From positions 116,994,001 to 117,058,000 of the forward strand of contig OZ024744.1 in assembly GCA_964016885.1 (NCBI GenBank): a DNA stretch of 64,000 bases, given 5' to 3'. This DNA is from Eledone cirrhosa (taxonomy: Eukaryota). Below are positions 1-13,360 of the stretch, piece after piece; within the stretch, counting starts at the first letter, position 1; every line of letters begins with the position of its first letter. Both the position numbers and the translations under genes were made by a program. Below the pieces are notes generated by a model, which was given only the letters and a program-made list of their open reading frames with translations, made no database searches and was not told the origin of the DNA.

Positions 1-3000
1 TGACATCATGTTAGCATGGGTTTGACAGGTCCTTCCCTGAATCTCTCCACTACTGACTTCCTTCTTCTCTCTCTCTCTCATCCTGACATCATGTTAGCAT
101 GGGTCTGACAGGTCCTTCCCTGAATCTCTCCACTACTTAGTTCCTTCTTCTCTCTCTCTCTCATCCTGACATCATGTTAGCATGGGTTTGACAGGTCCTT
201 CCCTGAATCTCTCCACTACTGGCTTCCTTCTTCTCTCTCTCTCTCATCCTGACATCATGTTAGCATGGGTTTGACAGGTCCTTCCCTGAATCTCTCCACT
301 ACTCAGTTCCTTCTTCTCTCTCTCTCTCATCATGACAGCATGTTAGCATGGGTCTGACAGGTCCTTCCCTGAATCTCTCCACTACTGACTTCCTTCTTCT
401 CTCTCTCTCTCATCCTGACATCATGTTAGCATGGGTTTGACAGGTCCTTCCCTGAATCTCTCCACTACTGACTTCCTTCTTCTCTCTCTCTCTCATCCTG
501 ACATCATGTTAGCATGGGTCTGACAGGTCCTTCCCTGAATCTCTCCATTACTGACTTCCTTCTTCTCTCTCTCTCTCATCCTGACATCATGTTAGCATGG
601 GTCTGACAGGTCCTTCCCTGAATCTCTCCACTACTGACTTCCTTCTTCTCTCTCTCTCTCATCCTGACATCATGTTAGCATGGGTCTGACAGGTCCTTCC
701 CTGAATCTCTCCATTACTGACTTCCTTCTTCTCTCTCTCTCTCTCATCCTGACATCATGTTAGCATGGGTCTGACAGGTCCTTCCCTGAATCTCTCCACT
801 ACTCAGTTCCTTCTTCTCTCTCTCTCTCTCATCCTGACAGCATGTTAGCATGGGTTTGACAGGTCCTTCCCTGAATCTCTCCACTACTGACTTCCTTCTT
901 CTCTCTCTCTCTCATCCTGACATCATGTTAGCATGGGTCTGACAGGTCCTTCCCTGAATCACTCCACTACTGACTTCCTTCTTCTCTCTCTCTCTCATCC
1001 TGACATCATGTTAGCATGGGTTTGACAGGTCCTTCCCTGAATCTCTCCACTACTGACTTCCTTCTTCTCTCTCTCTCTCATCCTGACATCATGTTAGCAT
1101 GGGTCTGACAGGTCCTTCTCTGAATCTCTCCACTACTGACTTCCTTCTTCTCTCTCTCTCTCTCATCCTGACATCATGTTAGCATGGGTTTGACAGGTCC
1201 TTCCCTGAATCTCTCCACTACTGACTTCCTTCTTCTCTCTCTCTCTCATCCTGACATCATGTTAGCATGGGTTTGACAGGTCCTTCCCTGAATCTCTCCA
1301 CTACTGACTTCCTTCTTCTCTCTCTCTCTCATCCTGACATCATGTTAGCATGGGTCTGACAGGTCCTTCCCTGAATCTCTCCACTACTGACTTCCTTCTT
1401 CTCTCTCTCTCTAATCCTGACATCATGTTAGCATGGGTTTGACAGGTCCTTCCCTGAATCTCTCCACTACTGACTTCCTTCTTCTCTCTCTCTCTCATCC
1501 TGACATCATGTTAGCATGGGTCTGACAGGTCCTTCCCTGAATCTCTCCACTACTTAGTTCCTTCTTCTCTCTCTCTCTCATCCTGACATCATGTTAGCAT
1601 GGGTTTGACAGGTCCTTCCCTGAATCTCTCCACTACTTAGTTCCTTCTTCTCTCTCTCTCTCATCCTGACATCATGTTAGCATGGGTTTGACAGGTCCTT
1701 CCCTGAATCTCTCCACTACTGACTTCCTTCTTCTCTCTCTCTCTCATCCTGACATCATGTTAGCATGGGTTTGACAGGTCCTTCCCTGAAACTCTCCACT
1801 ACTTAGTTCCTTCTTCTCTCTCTCTCTCATCCTGACATCATGTTAGCATGGGTTTGACAGGTCCTTCCCTGAATCTCTCCACTACTGACTTCCTTCTTCT
1901 CTCTCTCTCTCATCCTGACATCATGTTAGCATGGGTTTGACAGGTCCTTCCCTGAATCTCTCCACTACTGACTTCCTTCTTCTCTCTCTCTCTCATCCTG
2001 ACATCATGTTAGCATGGGTTTGACAGGTCCTTCCCTGAATCTCTCCACTACTTAGTTCCTTCTTCTCTCTCTCTCTCATCCTGACATCATGTTAGCATGG
2101 GTTTGACAGGTCCTTCCCTGAATCTCTCCACTACTGACTTCCTTCTTCTCTCTCTCTCTCATCCTGACATCATGTTAGCATGGGTTTGACAGGTCCTTCT
2201 CTGAATCTCTCCACTTCTCAGTTCCTTCTTCTCTCTCTCTCTCATCCTGACATCATGTTAGCATGGGTTTGACAGGTCCTTCCCTGAATCTCTCCACTAC
2301 TGACTTCCTTCTTCTCTCTCTCTCTCATCCTGACATCATGTTAGCATGGGTCTGACAGGTCCTTCCCTGAATCTCTCCACTACTTAGTTCCTTCTTCTCT
2401 CTCTCTCTCATCCTGACATCATGTTAGCATGGGTTTGACAGGTCCTTCCCTGAATCTCTCCACTACTTAGTTCCTTCTTCTCTCTCTCTCTCATCCTGAC
2501 ATCATGTTAGCATGGGTTTGACAGGTCCTTCCCTGAATCTCTCCACTACTGACTTCCTTCTTCTCTCTCTCTCTCATCCTGACATCATCATAGCATGGGT
2601 TTGACAGGTCCTTCCCTGAATCTCTCCACTACTTAGTTCCTTCTTCTCTCTCTCTCATCCTGACATCATGTTAGCATGGGTTTGACAGGTCCTTCCCTGA
2701 ATCTCTCCACTACTGACTTCCTTCTTCTCTCTCTCTCTCATCCTGACATCATGTTAGCATGGGTTTGACAGGTCCTTCCCTGAATCTCTCCACTACTGAC
2801 TTCCTTCTCTCTCTCTCTCATCCTGACATCATGTTAGCATGGGTTTGACAGGTCCTTCCCTGAATCTCTCCACTACTGACTTCCTTCTTCTCTCTCTCTC
2901 TCATCCTTACAGCATGTTAGCATGGGTTTGACAGGTCCTTCCCTGAATCTCTCCACTACTGACTTCCTTCTTCTCTCTCTCTCTCATCCTTACAGCATGT

Positions 3001-6000
3001 TAGCATGGGTTTGACAGGTCCTTGCCTGAATCTCTCCACTACTGATTTCCTTCTTCTCTCTCTCATCCTGACATCATGTTAGCATGGGTTTGACAGGTCC
3101 TTCCCTGAATCTCTCCACTACTGACTTCCTTCTTCTCTCTCTCTCTTATCCTGACATCATGTTAGCATGGGTCTGACAGGTCCTTCCCTGAATCTCTCCA
3201 CTACTCAGTTCCTTCTTCTCTCTCTCTCTCATCCTTACAGCATGTTAGCATGGGTTTGACAGGTCCTTCCCTGAATCTCTCCACTACTGACTTCCTTCTT
3301 CTCTCTCTCTCTCATCCTCACATCATGTTAGCATGGGTTTGACAGGTCCTTCCCTGAATCTCTCCACTACTCAGTTCCTTCTCTCTCTCTCATCCTGACA
3401 TCATGTTAGCATGGGTTTGACAGGTCCTTCCCTGAATCTCTCCACTACTGACTTCCTTCTTCTCTCTCTCTCTCATCCTGACATCATGTTAGCATGGGTC
3501 TGACAGGTCCTTCCCTGAATCTCTCCACTACTCAGTTCCTTCTTCTCTCTCTCTCTCATCCTGACATCATGTTAGCATGGGTTTGACAGGTCCTTCCCTG
3601 AATCTCTCCACTACTGACTTCCTTCTGCTCTCTCTCATCCTGACATCATGTTAGCATGGGTTTGACAGGTCCTTCCCTGAATCTCTCCACTACTGACTTC
3701 CTTCTTCTCTCTCTCTCTCTCATCCTGACATCATGTTAGCATGGGTCTGACAGGTCCTTCCCTGAATCTCTCCACTACTCAGTTCCTTCTTCTCTCTCTC
3801 TCTCATCCTGACATCATGTTAGCATGGGTTTGACAGGTCCTTCCCTGAATCTCTCCATTACTGACTTCCTTCTTCTCTCTCTCTCTCATCCTGACATCAT
3901 GTTAGCATGGGTTTGACAGGTCCTTCCCTGAATCTCTCCATTACTGACTTCCTTCTTCTCTCTCTCTCTCATCCTGACATCATGTTAGCATGGGTTTGAC
4001 AGGTCCTTCCCTGAATCTCTCCACTACTGACTTCCTTCTTCTCTCTCTCTCTCATCCTGACATCATGTTAGCATGGGTTTGACAGGTCCTTCCCTGAATC
4101 TCTCCACTACTGACTTCCTTCTTCTCTCTCTCTCTCATCCTGACATCATGTTAGCATGGGTTTGACAGGTCCTTCCCTGAATCTCTCCACTACTGACTTC
4201 CTTCTTCTCTCTCTCTCTCATCCTGACATCATGTTAGCATGGGTTTGACAGGTCCTTCCCTGAATCTCTCCACTACTGACTTCCTTCTTCTCTCTCTCTC
4301 TCATCCTGACATCATGTTAGCATGGGTTTGACAGGTCCTTCCCTGAATCTCTCCACTACTGACTTCCTTCTTCTCTCTCTCTCTCATCCTGACATCATGT
4401 TAGCATGGGTTTGACAGGTCCTTCCCTGAATCTCTCCACTACTGACTTCCTTCTTCTCTCTCTCCCTCATCCTTACAGCATGTTAGCATGGGTCTGACAG
4501 GTCCTTCCCTGAATCTCTCCACTACTGACTTCCTTCTTCTCTCTCTCTCTCATCCTGACAGCATGTTAGCATGGGTTTGACAGGTCCTTCCCTGAATCTC
4601 TCCACTACTGACTTCCTTCGTCTCTCTCTCTCTCATCCTTACAGCATGTTAGCATGGGTTTGACAGGTCCTTCCCTGAATCTCTCCACTACTCAGTTCCT
4701 TCTTCTCTCTCTCTCTCATCCTGACATCATGTTAGCATGGGTTTGACAGGTCCTTCCCTGAATCTCTCCACTACTGACTTCCTTCTTCTCTCTCTCTCTC
4801 ATCCTGACATCATGTTAGCATGGGTTTGACAGGTCCTTCCCTGAATCTCTCCACTACTGACTTCCTTCTTCTCTCTCTCTCTCATCCTGACATCATGTTA
4901 GCATGGGTTTGACAGGTCCTTCCCTGAATCTCTCCACTACTGACTTCCTTCTTCTCTCTCTCTCTCATCGTGACATCATGTTAGCATGGGTTTGACAGGT
5001 CCTTCCCTGAATCTCTCCACTACTGACTTCCTTCTTCTCTCTCTCTCTCATCCTGACAGCATGTTAGCATGGTTTTGACAGGTCCTTCTCTGAATCTCTC
5101 CACTACTTAGTTCCTTCTTCTCTCTCTCTCTCATCCTGACATCATGTTAGCATGGGTTTGACAGGTCCTTCCCTGAATCTCTCCACTACTTACTTCCTTC
5201 TTCTCTCTCTCTCTCATCCTGACAGCATGTTAGCATGGGTCTGACAGGTCCTTCTCTGAATATCTCCACTACTGACTTCCTTCTTCTCTCTCTCTCTCAT
5301 CCTGACAGCATGTTAGCATGGGTTTGACAGGTCCTTCCCTGAATCTCTCCACTACTGACTTCCTTCTTCTCTCTCTCTCATCCTGACATCATGTTAGCAT
5401 GGGTTTGACAGGTCCTTCCCTTAATCTCTCCACTACTGACTTCCTTCTTCTCTCTCTCTCTCATCCTTACAGCATGTTAGCATGGGTTTGACAGGTCCTT
5501 CCCTGAATCTCTCCACTACTCAGTTCCTTCTCTCTCTCTCATCCTGACATCATGTTAGCATGGGTCTGACAGGTCCTTCCCTGAATCTCTCCACTACTCA
5601 GTTCCTTCTTCTCTCTCTCTCTCATCCTGACATCATGTTAGCATGGGTTTGACAGGTCCTTCCCTGAATCTCTCCACTACTCAGTTCCTCCTTCTCTCTC
5701 TCTCTCATCCTGACATCATGTTAGCATGGGTCTGACAGGTCCTTCCCTGAATCTCTCCACTACTCAGTTCCTTCTTCTCTCTCTCTCTCATCCTGACATC
5801 ATGTTAGCATGGGTTTGACAGGCCCTTCCCTGAATCTCTCCACTACTGTCTTCCTTCTTCTCTCTCTCTCTCATTATGACATCATGTTAGTATGGGTTTG
5901 ACAGGTCCTTCCCTGAATCTCTCCACTACTGACTTCCTTCTTCTCTCTCTCTCTCATCCTGACATCATGTTAGCATGGGTTTGACAGGTCCTTCCCTGAA

Positions 6001-9000
6001 TCTCTCCACTACTCAGTTCCTTCTCTCTCTCTCATCCTGACATCATGTTAGCATGGGTTTGACAGGTCCTTCCCTGAATCTCTCCACTACTGACTTCCTT
6101 CTTCTCTCTCTCTCTCATCCTGACATCATGTTAGCATGGGTCTGACAGGTCCTTCCCCGAATCTCTCCACTACTCAGTTCCTTCTTCTCTCTCTCTCTCA
6201 TCCTGACATCATGTTAGCATGGGTTTGACAGGCCCTTCCCTGAATCTCTCCACTACTGTCTTCCTTCTTCTCTCTCTCTCTCATCATGACATCATGTTAG
6301 TATGGGTTTGACAGGCCCTTCCCTGAATCTCTCCACTACTGTCTTCCTTCTTCTCTCTCTCTCTCATCCTGACATCATGTTAGCATGGGTTTGACAGGTC
6401 CTTCCCTGAATCTCTCCACTACTCAGTTCCTTCTCTCTCTCTCTCTCATCCTGACATCATGTTAGCATGGGTTTGACAGGTCCTTCCCTGAATCTCTCCA
6501 CTACTGACTTCCTTCTTCTCTCTCTCTCTCATCCTGACATCATGTTAGCATGGGTTTGACAGGTCCTTCCCTGAATCTCTCCACTACTCAGTTCCTCCTT
6601 CTCTCTCTCTCTCATCCTGACATCATGTTAGCATGGGTCTGACAGGTCCTTCCCTGAATCTCTCCACTACTCAGTTCCTTCTTCTCTCTCTCTCTCATCC
6701 TGACATCATGTTAGCATGGGTTTGACAGGCCCTTCCCTGAATCTCTCCACTACTGTCTTCCTTCTTCTCTCTCTCTCTCTTCATGACATCATGTTAGCAT
6801 GGGTTTGACAGGTCCTTCCCTGAATCTCTCCACTACTGACTTCCTTCTTCTCTCTCTCTCTCTCATCCTGACATCATGTTAGCATGGGTTTGACAGGTCC
6901 TTCCCTGAATCTCTCCACTACTGACTTCCTTCTTCTCTCTCTCTCATCCTGACATCATGTTAGCATGGGTCTGACAGGTCCTTCCCTGAATCTCTCCACT
7001 ACTGACTTCCTTCTTCTCTCTCTCTCTCATCCTCACATCATGTTAGCATGGGTTTGACAGGTCCTTCCCTGAATCTCTCCACTACTTAGTTCCTTCTTCT
7101 CTCTCTCTCTCATCCTGACATCATGTTAGCATGGGTTTGACAGGTCCTTCCCTGAATCTCTCCACTACTGACTTCCTTCTTCTCTCTCTCTCTCATCCTG
7201 ACATCATGTTAGCATGGGTTTGACAGGTCCTTCCCTGAATCTCTCCACTACGTAGTTCCTTCTTCTCTCTCTCTCTCATCCTGACATCATGTTAGCATGG
7301 GTTTGACAGGTCCTTCCTGAATCTCTCCACTACTGACTTCCTTCTTCTCTCTCTCTCTCATCCTGACATCATGTTAGCATGGGTTTGACAGGTCCTTCCC
7401 TGAATCTCTCCACTACAGACTTCCTTCTTCTCTCTCTCTCTCATCCTGACATCATGTTAGCATGGGTTTGACAGGTCCTTCCCTGAATCTCTCCACTACT
7501 TAGTTCCTTCTTCTCTCTCTCTCTCATCCTGACATCATGTTAGCATGGGTTTGACAGGTCCTTCCCTGAATCTCTCCACTACTTAGTTCCTTCTTCTCTC
7601 TCTCTCTCATCCTGACATCATGTTAGCATGGGTTTGACAGGTCCTTCTCTGAATCTCTCCACTACTCAGTTCCTTCTTCTCTCTCTCTCTCATCCTGACA
7701 TCATGTTAGCATGGGTTTGACAGGTCCTTCCCTGAATCTCTCCACTACTGACTTCCTTCTTCTCTCTCTCTCTCATCCTGACATCATGTTAGCATGGGTC
7801 TGACAGGTCCTTCCCTGAATCTCTCCACTACTTAGTTCCTTCTTCTCTCTCTCTCTCATCCTGACATCATGTTAGCATGGGTTTGACAGGTCCTTCCCTG
7901 AATCTCTCCACTACTGGCTTCCTTCTTCTCTCTCTCTCTCATCCTGACATCATGTTAGCATGGGTTTGACAGGTCCTTCCCTGAATCTCTCCACTACTCA
8001 GTTCCTTCTTCTCTCTCTCTCTCATCATGACAGCATGTTAGCATGGGTCTGACAGGTCCTTCCCTGAATCTCTCCACTACTGACTTCCTTCTTCTCTCTC
8101 TCTCTCATCCTGACATCATGTTAGCATGGGTTTGACAGGTCCTTCCCTGAATCTCTCCACTACTGACTTCCTTCTTCTCTCTCTCTCTCATCCTGACATC
8201 ATGTTAGCATGGGTCTGACAGGTCCTTCCCTGAATCTCTCCATTACTGACTTCCTTCTTCTCTCTCTCTCTCATCCTGACATCATGTTAGCATGGGTCTG
8301 ACAGGTCCTTCCCTGAATCTCTCCACTACTGACTTCCTTCTTCTCTCTCTCTCTCATCCTGACATCATGTTAGCATGGGTCTGACAGGTCCTTCCCTGAA
8401 TCTCTCCATTACTGACTTCCTTCTTCTCTCTCTCTCTCTCATCCTGACATCATGTTAGCATGGGTCTGACAGGTCCTTCCCTGAATCTCTCCACTACTCA
8501 GTTCCTTCTTCTCTCTCTCTCTCTCATCCTGACAGCATGTTAGCATGGGTTTGACAGGTCCTTCCCTGAATCTCTCCACTACTGACTTCCTTCTTCTCTC
8601 TCTCTCTCATCCTGACATCATGTTAGCATGGGTCTGACAGGTCCTTCCCTGAATCACTCCACTACTGACTTCCTTCTTCTCTCTCTCTCTCATCCTGACA
8701 TCATGTTAGCATGGGTTTGACAGGTCTTTCCCTGAATCTCTCCACTACTGACTTCCTTCTTCTCTCTCTCTCTCATCCTGACATCATGTTAGCATGGGTC
8801 TGACAGGTCCTTCTCTGAATCTCTCCACTACTGACTTCCTTCTTCTCTCTCTCTCTCTCATCCTGACATCATGTTAGCATGGGTTTGACAGGTCCTTCCC
8901 TGAATCTCTCCACTACTGACTTCCTTCTTCTCTCTCTCTCTCATCCTGACATCATGTTAGCATGGGTTTGACAGGTCCTTCCCTGAATCTCTCCACTACT

Positions 9001-10260
9001 GACTTCCTTCTTCTCTCTCTCTCTCATCCTGACATCATGTTAGCATGGGTCTGACAGGTCCTTCCCTGAATCTCTCCACTACTGACTTCCTTCTTCTCTC
9101 TCTCTCTAATCCTGACATCATGTTAGCATGGGTTTGACAGGTCCTTCCCTGAATCTCTCCACTACTGACTTCCTTCTTCTCTCTCTCTCTCATCCTGACA
9201 TCATGTTAGCATGGGTCTGACAGGTCCTTCCCTGAATCTCTCCACTACTTAGTTCCTTCTTCTCTCTCTCTCTCATCCTGACATCATGTTAGCATGGGTT
9301 TGACAGGTCCTTCCCTGAATCTCTCCACTACTTAGTTCCTTCTTCTCTCTCTCTCTCATCCTGACATCATGTTAGCATGGGTTTGACAGGTCATTCCCTG
9401 AATCTCTCCACTACTGACTTCCTTCTTCTCTCTCTCTCTCATCCTGACATCATGTTAGCATGGGTTTGACAGGTCCTTCCCTGAATCTCTCCACTACTGA
9501 CTTCCTTCTTCTCTCTCTCATCCTGACATCATGTTAGCATGGGTTTGACAGGTCCTTCCCTGAATCTCTCCACTACTGACTTCCTTCTTCTCTCTCTCTC
9601 TCATCCTGACATCATGTTAGCATGGGTTTGACAGGTCCTTCCCTGAATCTCTCCACTACTTAGTTCCTTCTTCTCTCTCTCTCTCATCCTGACATCATGT
9701 TAGCATGGGTTTGACAGGTCCTTCCCTGAATCTCTCCACTACTGACTTCCTTCTTCTCTCTCTCTCTCATCCTGACATCATGTTAGCATGGGTTTGACAG
9801 GTCCTTCTATGAATCTCTCCACTTCTCAGTTCCTTCTTCTCTCTCTCTCTCATCCTGACATCATGTTAGCATGGGTTTGACAGGTCCTTCCCTGAATCTC
9901 TCCACTACTGACTTCCTTCTTCTCTCTCTCTCTCATCCTGACATCATGTTAGCATGGGTCTGACAGGTCCTTCCCTGAATCTCTCCACTACTTAGTTCCT
10001 TCTTCTCTCTCTCTCTCATCCTGACATCATGTTAGCATGGGTTTGACAGGTCCTTCCCTGAATCTCTCCACTACTTAGTTCCTTCTTCTCTCTCTCTCTC
10101 ATCCTGACATCATGTTAGCATGGGTTTGACAGGTCCTTCCCTGAATCTCTCCACTACTGACTTCCTTCTTCTCTCTCTCTCTCATCCTGACATCATCATA
10201 GCATGGGTTTGACAGGTCCTTCCCTGAATCTCTCCACTACTTAGTTCCTTCTTCTCTCTC
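1..10260. repeat. Internal duplication within satellite: ~1-2640 repeated at ~7696-10260
   Basis: Private variants recur at offset 7695: TACTGGC (221/7916), AATCACTCC (961/8656), CTAATCC (1413/9108). CATCATCATAG recurs at 2589/10197, after loss of about one monomer. Confidence 0.9.
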
Positions 10261-10499
10261 TCTCTCTCATCCTGACATCATGTTAGCATGGGTTTGACAG
10301 GTCCTTCCCTGAATCTCTCCACTACTGACTTCCTTCTTCTCTCTCTCATCCTGACATCATGTTAGCATGGGTTTGACAGGTCCTTCCCTGAATCTCTCCA
10401 CTACTCAGTTCCTTCTTCTCTCTCTCTCTCATCCTGACATCATGTTAGCATGGGTTTGACAGGTCCTTCCCTGAATCTCTCCACTACTGACTTCCTTCT

Positions 10500-13360
10500 T
10501 CTCTCTCTCTCTCATCCTGACATCATGTTAGCATGGGTCTGACAGGTCCTTCCCTGAATCTCTCCACTACTGACTTCCTTCTTCTCTCTCTCTCTCATCC
10601 TGACATCATGTTAGCATGGGTTTGACAGGTCCTTCTCTGAATCTCTCCACTACTGACTTCCTTCTTCTCTCTCTCTCTCATCCTTACAGCATGTTAGCAT
10701 GGGTTTGACAGGTCCTTCCCTGAATCTCTCCACTACTGACTTCCTTCTTCTCTCTCTCTCTCATCCTTACAGCATGTTAGCATGGGTTTGACAGGTCCTT
10801 CCCTGAATCTCTCCACTACTGACTTCCTTCTTCTCTCTCTCTCTCATCCTTACAACATGTTAGCATGGGTTTGACAGGTCCTTCCCTGAATCTCTCCACT
10901 ACTGACTTCCTTCTTCTCTCTCTCATCCTGACATCATGTTAGCATGGGTCTGACAGGTCCTTCCCTGAATCTCTCCACTACTGACTTCCTTCTTCTCTCT
11001 CTCTCTCATCCTGACATCATGTTAGCATGGGTTTGACAGGTCCTTCTCTGAATCTCTCCACAACTGACTTCCTTCTTCTCTCTCTCTCTCATCCTGACAT
11101 CATATTAGCATGGGTTTGACAGGTCCTTCCCTGAATCTCTCCACTACTGACTTCCTTCTTCTCTCTCTCTCTCATCCTGACATCATGTTAGCATGGGTTT
11201 GACAGGTCCTTCCCTGAATCTCTCCACTACTCAGTTCCTTCTTCTCTCTCTCATCCTCACATCATGTTAGCATGGGTTTGACAGGTCCTTCCCTGAATCT
11301 CTCCACTACTGACTTCCTTCTTCTCTCTCTCTCTCATCCTGACATCATGTTAGCATGGGTTTGACAGGTCCTTCCCTGAATCTCTCCACTACTTAGTTCC
11401 TTCTTCTCTCTCTCTCTCATCCTGACATCATGTTAGCATGGGTTTGACAGGTCCTTCCCTGAATCTCTCCACTACTGACTTCCTTCTTCTCTCTCTCTCT
11501 CATCCTGACATCATGTTAGCATGGGTTTGACAGGTCCTTCTCTGAATCTCTCCACTACTCAGTTCCTTCTTCTCTCTCTCTCTCATCCTGACATCATGTT
11601 AGCATGGGTCTGACAGGTCCTTCCCTGAATCTCTCCACTACAGACTTCCTTCTTCTCTCTCTCTCTCATCCTGACATCATGTTAGCATGGGTCTGACAGG
11701 TCCTTCCCTGAATCTCTCCATTACTGACTTCCTTCTTCTCTCTCTCTCTCTCATCCTGACATCATGTTAGCATGGGTCTGACAGGTCCTTCCCTGAATCT
11801 CTCCACTACTCAGTTCCTTCTTCTCTCTCTCTCTCTCATCCTGACAGCATGTTAGCATGGGTTTGACAGGTCCTTCCCTGAATCTCTCCACTACTTAGTT
11901 CCTTCTTCTCTCTCTCTCTCATCCTGACATCATGTTAGCATGGGTTTGACAGGTCCTTCCCTGAATCTCTCCACTACTGACTTCCTTCTTCTCTCTCTCT
12001 CTCATCCTGACATCATGTTAGCATGGGTTTGACAGGTCCTTCCCTGAATCTCTCCACTACTTAGTTCCTTCTTCTCTCTCTCTCTCATCCTGACATCATG
12101 TTAGCATGGGTTTGACAGGTCCTTCCCTGAATCTCTCCACTACTGACTTCCTTCTTCTCTCTCTCTCTCATCCTGACATCATGTTAGCATGGGTTTGACA
12201 GGTCCTTCCCTGAATCTCTCCACTACTGACTTCCTTCTTCTCTCTCTCATCCTGACATCATGTTAGCATGGGTTTGACAGGTCCTTCCCTGAATCTCTCC
12301 ACTACTGACTTCCTTCTTCTCTCTCTCTCTCATCCTGACAGCATGTTAGCATGGGTTTGACAGGTCCTTCCCTGAATCTCTCCACTACTGACTTCCTTCT
12401 TCTCTCTCTCTCTCATCATGACAGCATGTTAGCATGGGTCTGACAGGTCCTTCCCTGAATCTCTCCACTACTCAGTTCCTTCTTCTCTCTCTCTCTCATC
12501 CTGACATCATGTTAGCATGGGTTTGACAGGTCCTTCCCTGAATGTCTCCACTACTGACTTCCTTCTTCTCTCTCTCTCTCATCCTGACATCATGTTAGCA
12601 TGGGTCTGACAGGTCCTTCCCTGAATCTCTCCACTACTGACTTCCTTCTTCTCTCTCTCTCTCATCCTGACATCATGTTAGCATGGGTTTGACAGGTCCT
12701 TCTCTGAATCTCTCCACTACTGACCTCCTTCTTCTCTCTCTCTCTCATCCTTACAGCATGTTAGCATGGGTTTGACAGGTCCTTCCCTGAATCTCTCCAC
12801 TACTGACTTCCTTCTTCTCTCTCTCTCTCATCCTTACAGCATGTTAGCATGGGTTTGACAGGTCCTTCCCTGAATCTCTCCACTACTGACTTCCTTCTTC
12901 TCTCTCTCTCTCATCCTTACAACATGTTAGCATGGGTTTGACAGGTCCTTCCCTGAATCTCTCCACTACTGACTTCTTCTCTCTCTCATCCTGACATCAT
13001 GTTAGCATGGGTCTGACAGGTCCTTCCCTGAATCTCTCCACTACTGACTTCCTTCTTCTCTCTCTCTCTCATCCTGACATCATGTTAGCATGGGTTTGAC
13101 AGGTCCTTCTCTGAATCTCTCCACTACTGACTTCCTTCTTCTCTCTCTCTCTCATCCTGACATCATGTTAGCATGGGTTTGACAGGTCCTTCCCTGAATC
13201 TCTCCACTACTGACTTCCTTCTTCTCTCTCTCTCTCATCCTGACATCATGTTAGCATGGGTTTGACAGGTCCTTCCCTGAATCTCTCCACTACTCAGTTC
13301 CTTCTTCTCTCTCTCTCTCATCCTCACATCATGTTAGCATGGGTTTGACAGGTCCTTCCC
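10500..13360. repeat. Internal ~0.8-kb block duplicated at ~2.07-kb offset
   Basis: The rare variant CCTTACAACATG occurs at 10855 and 12922, each preceded by two CCTTACAG monomers and followed later by a CCTCACAT monomer. Confidence 0.75.

Noticed and set aside
7-18. p53 response element from paired CATG cores
   Set aside because: The cores are 4 bp apart rather than 6, and the RRR/YYY flanks do not fit.
7311-7320. Single-base deletion TTCCCTG>TTCCTG (also near 30875)
   Set aside because: These are isolated homopolymer shortenings, likely sequencing or consensus error or trivial mutation.
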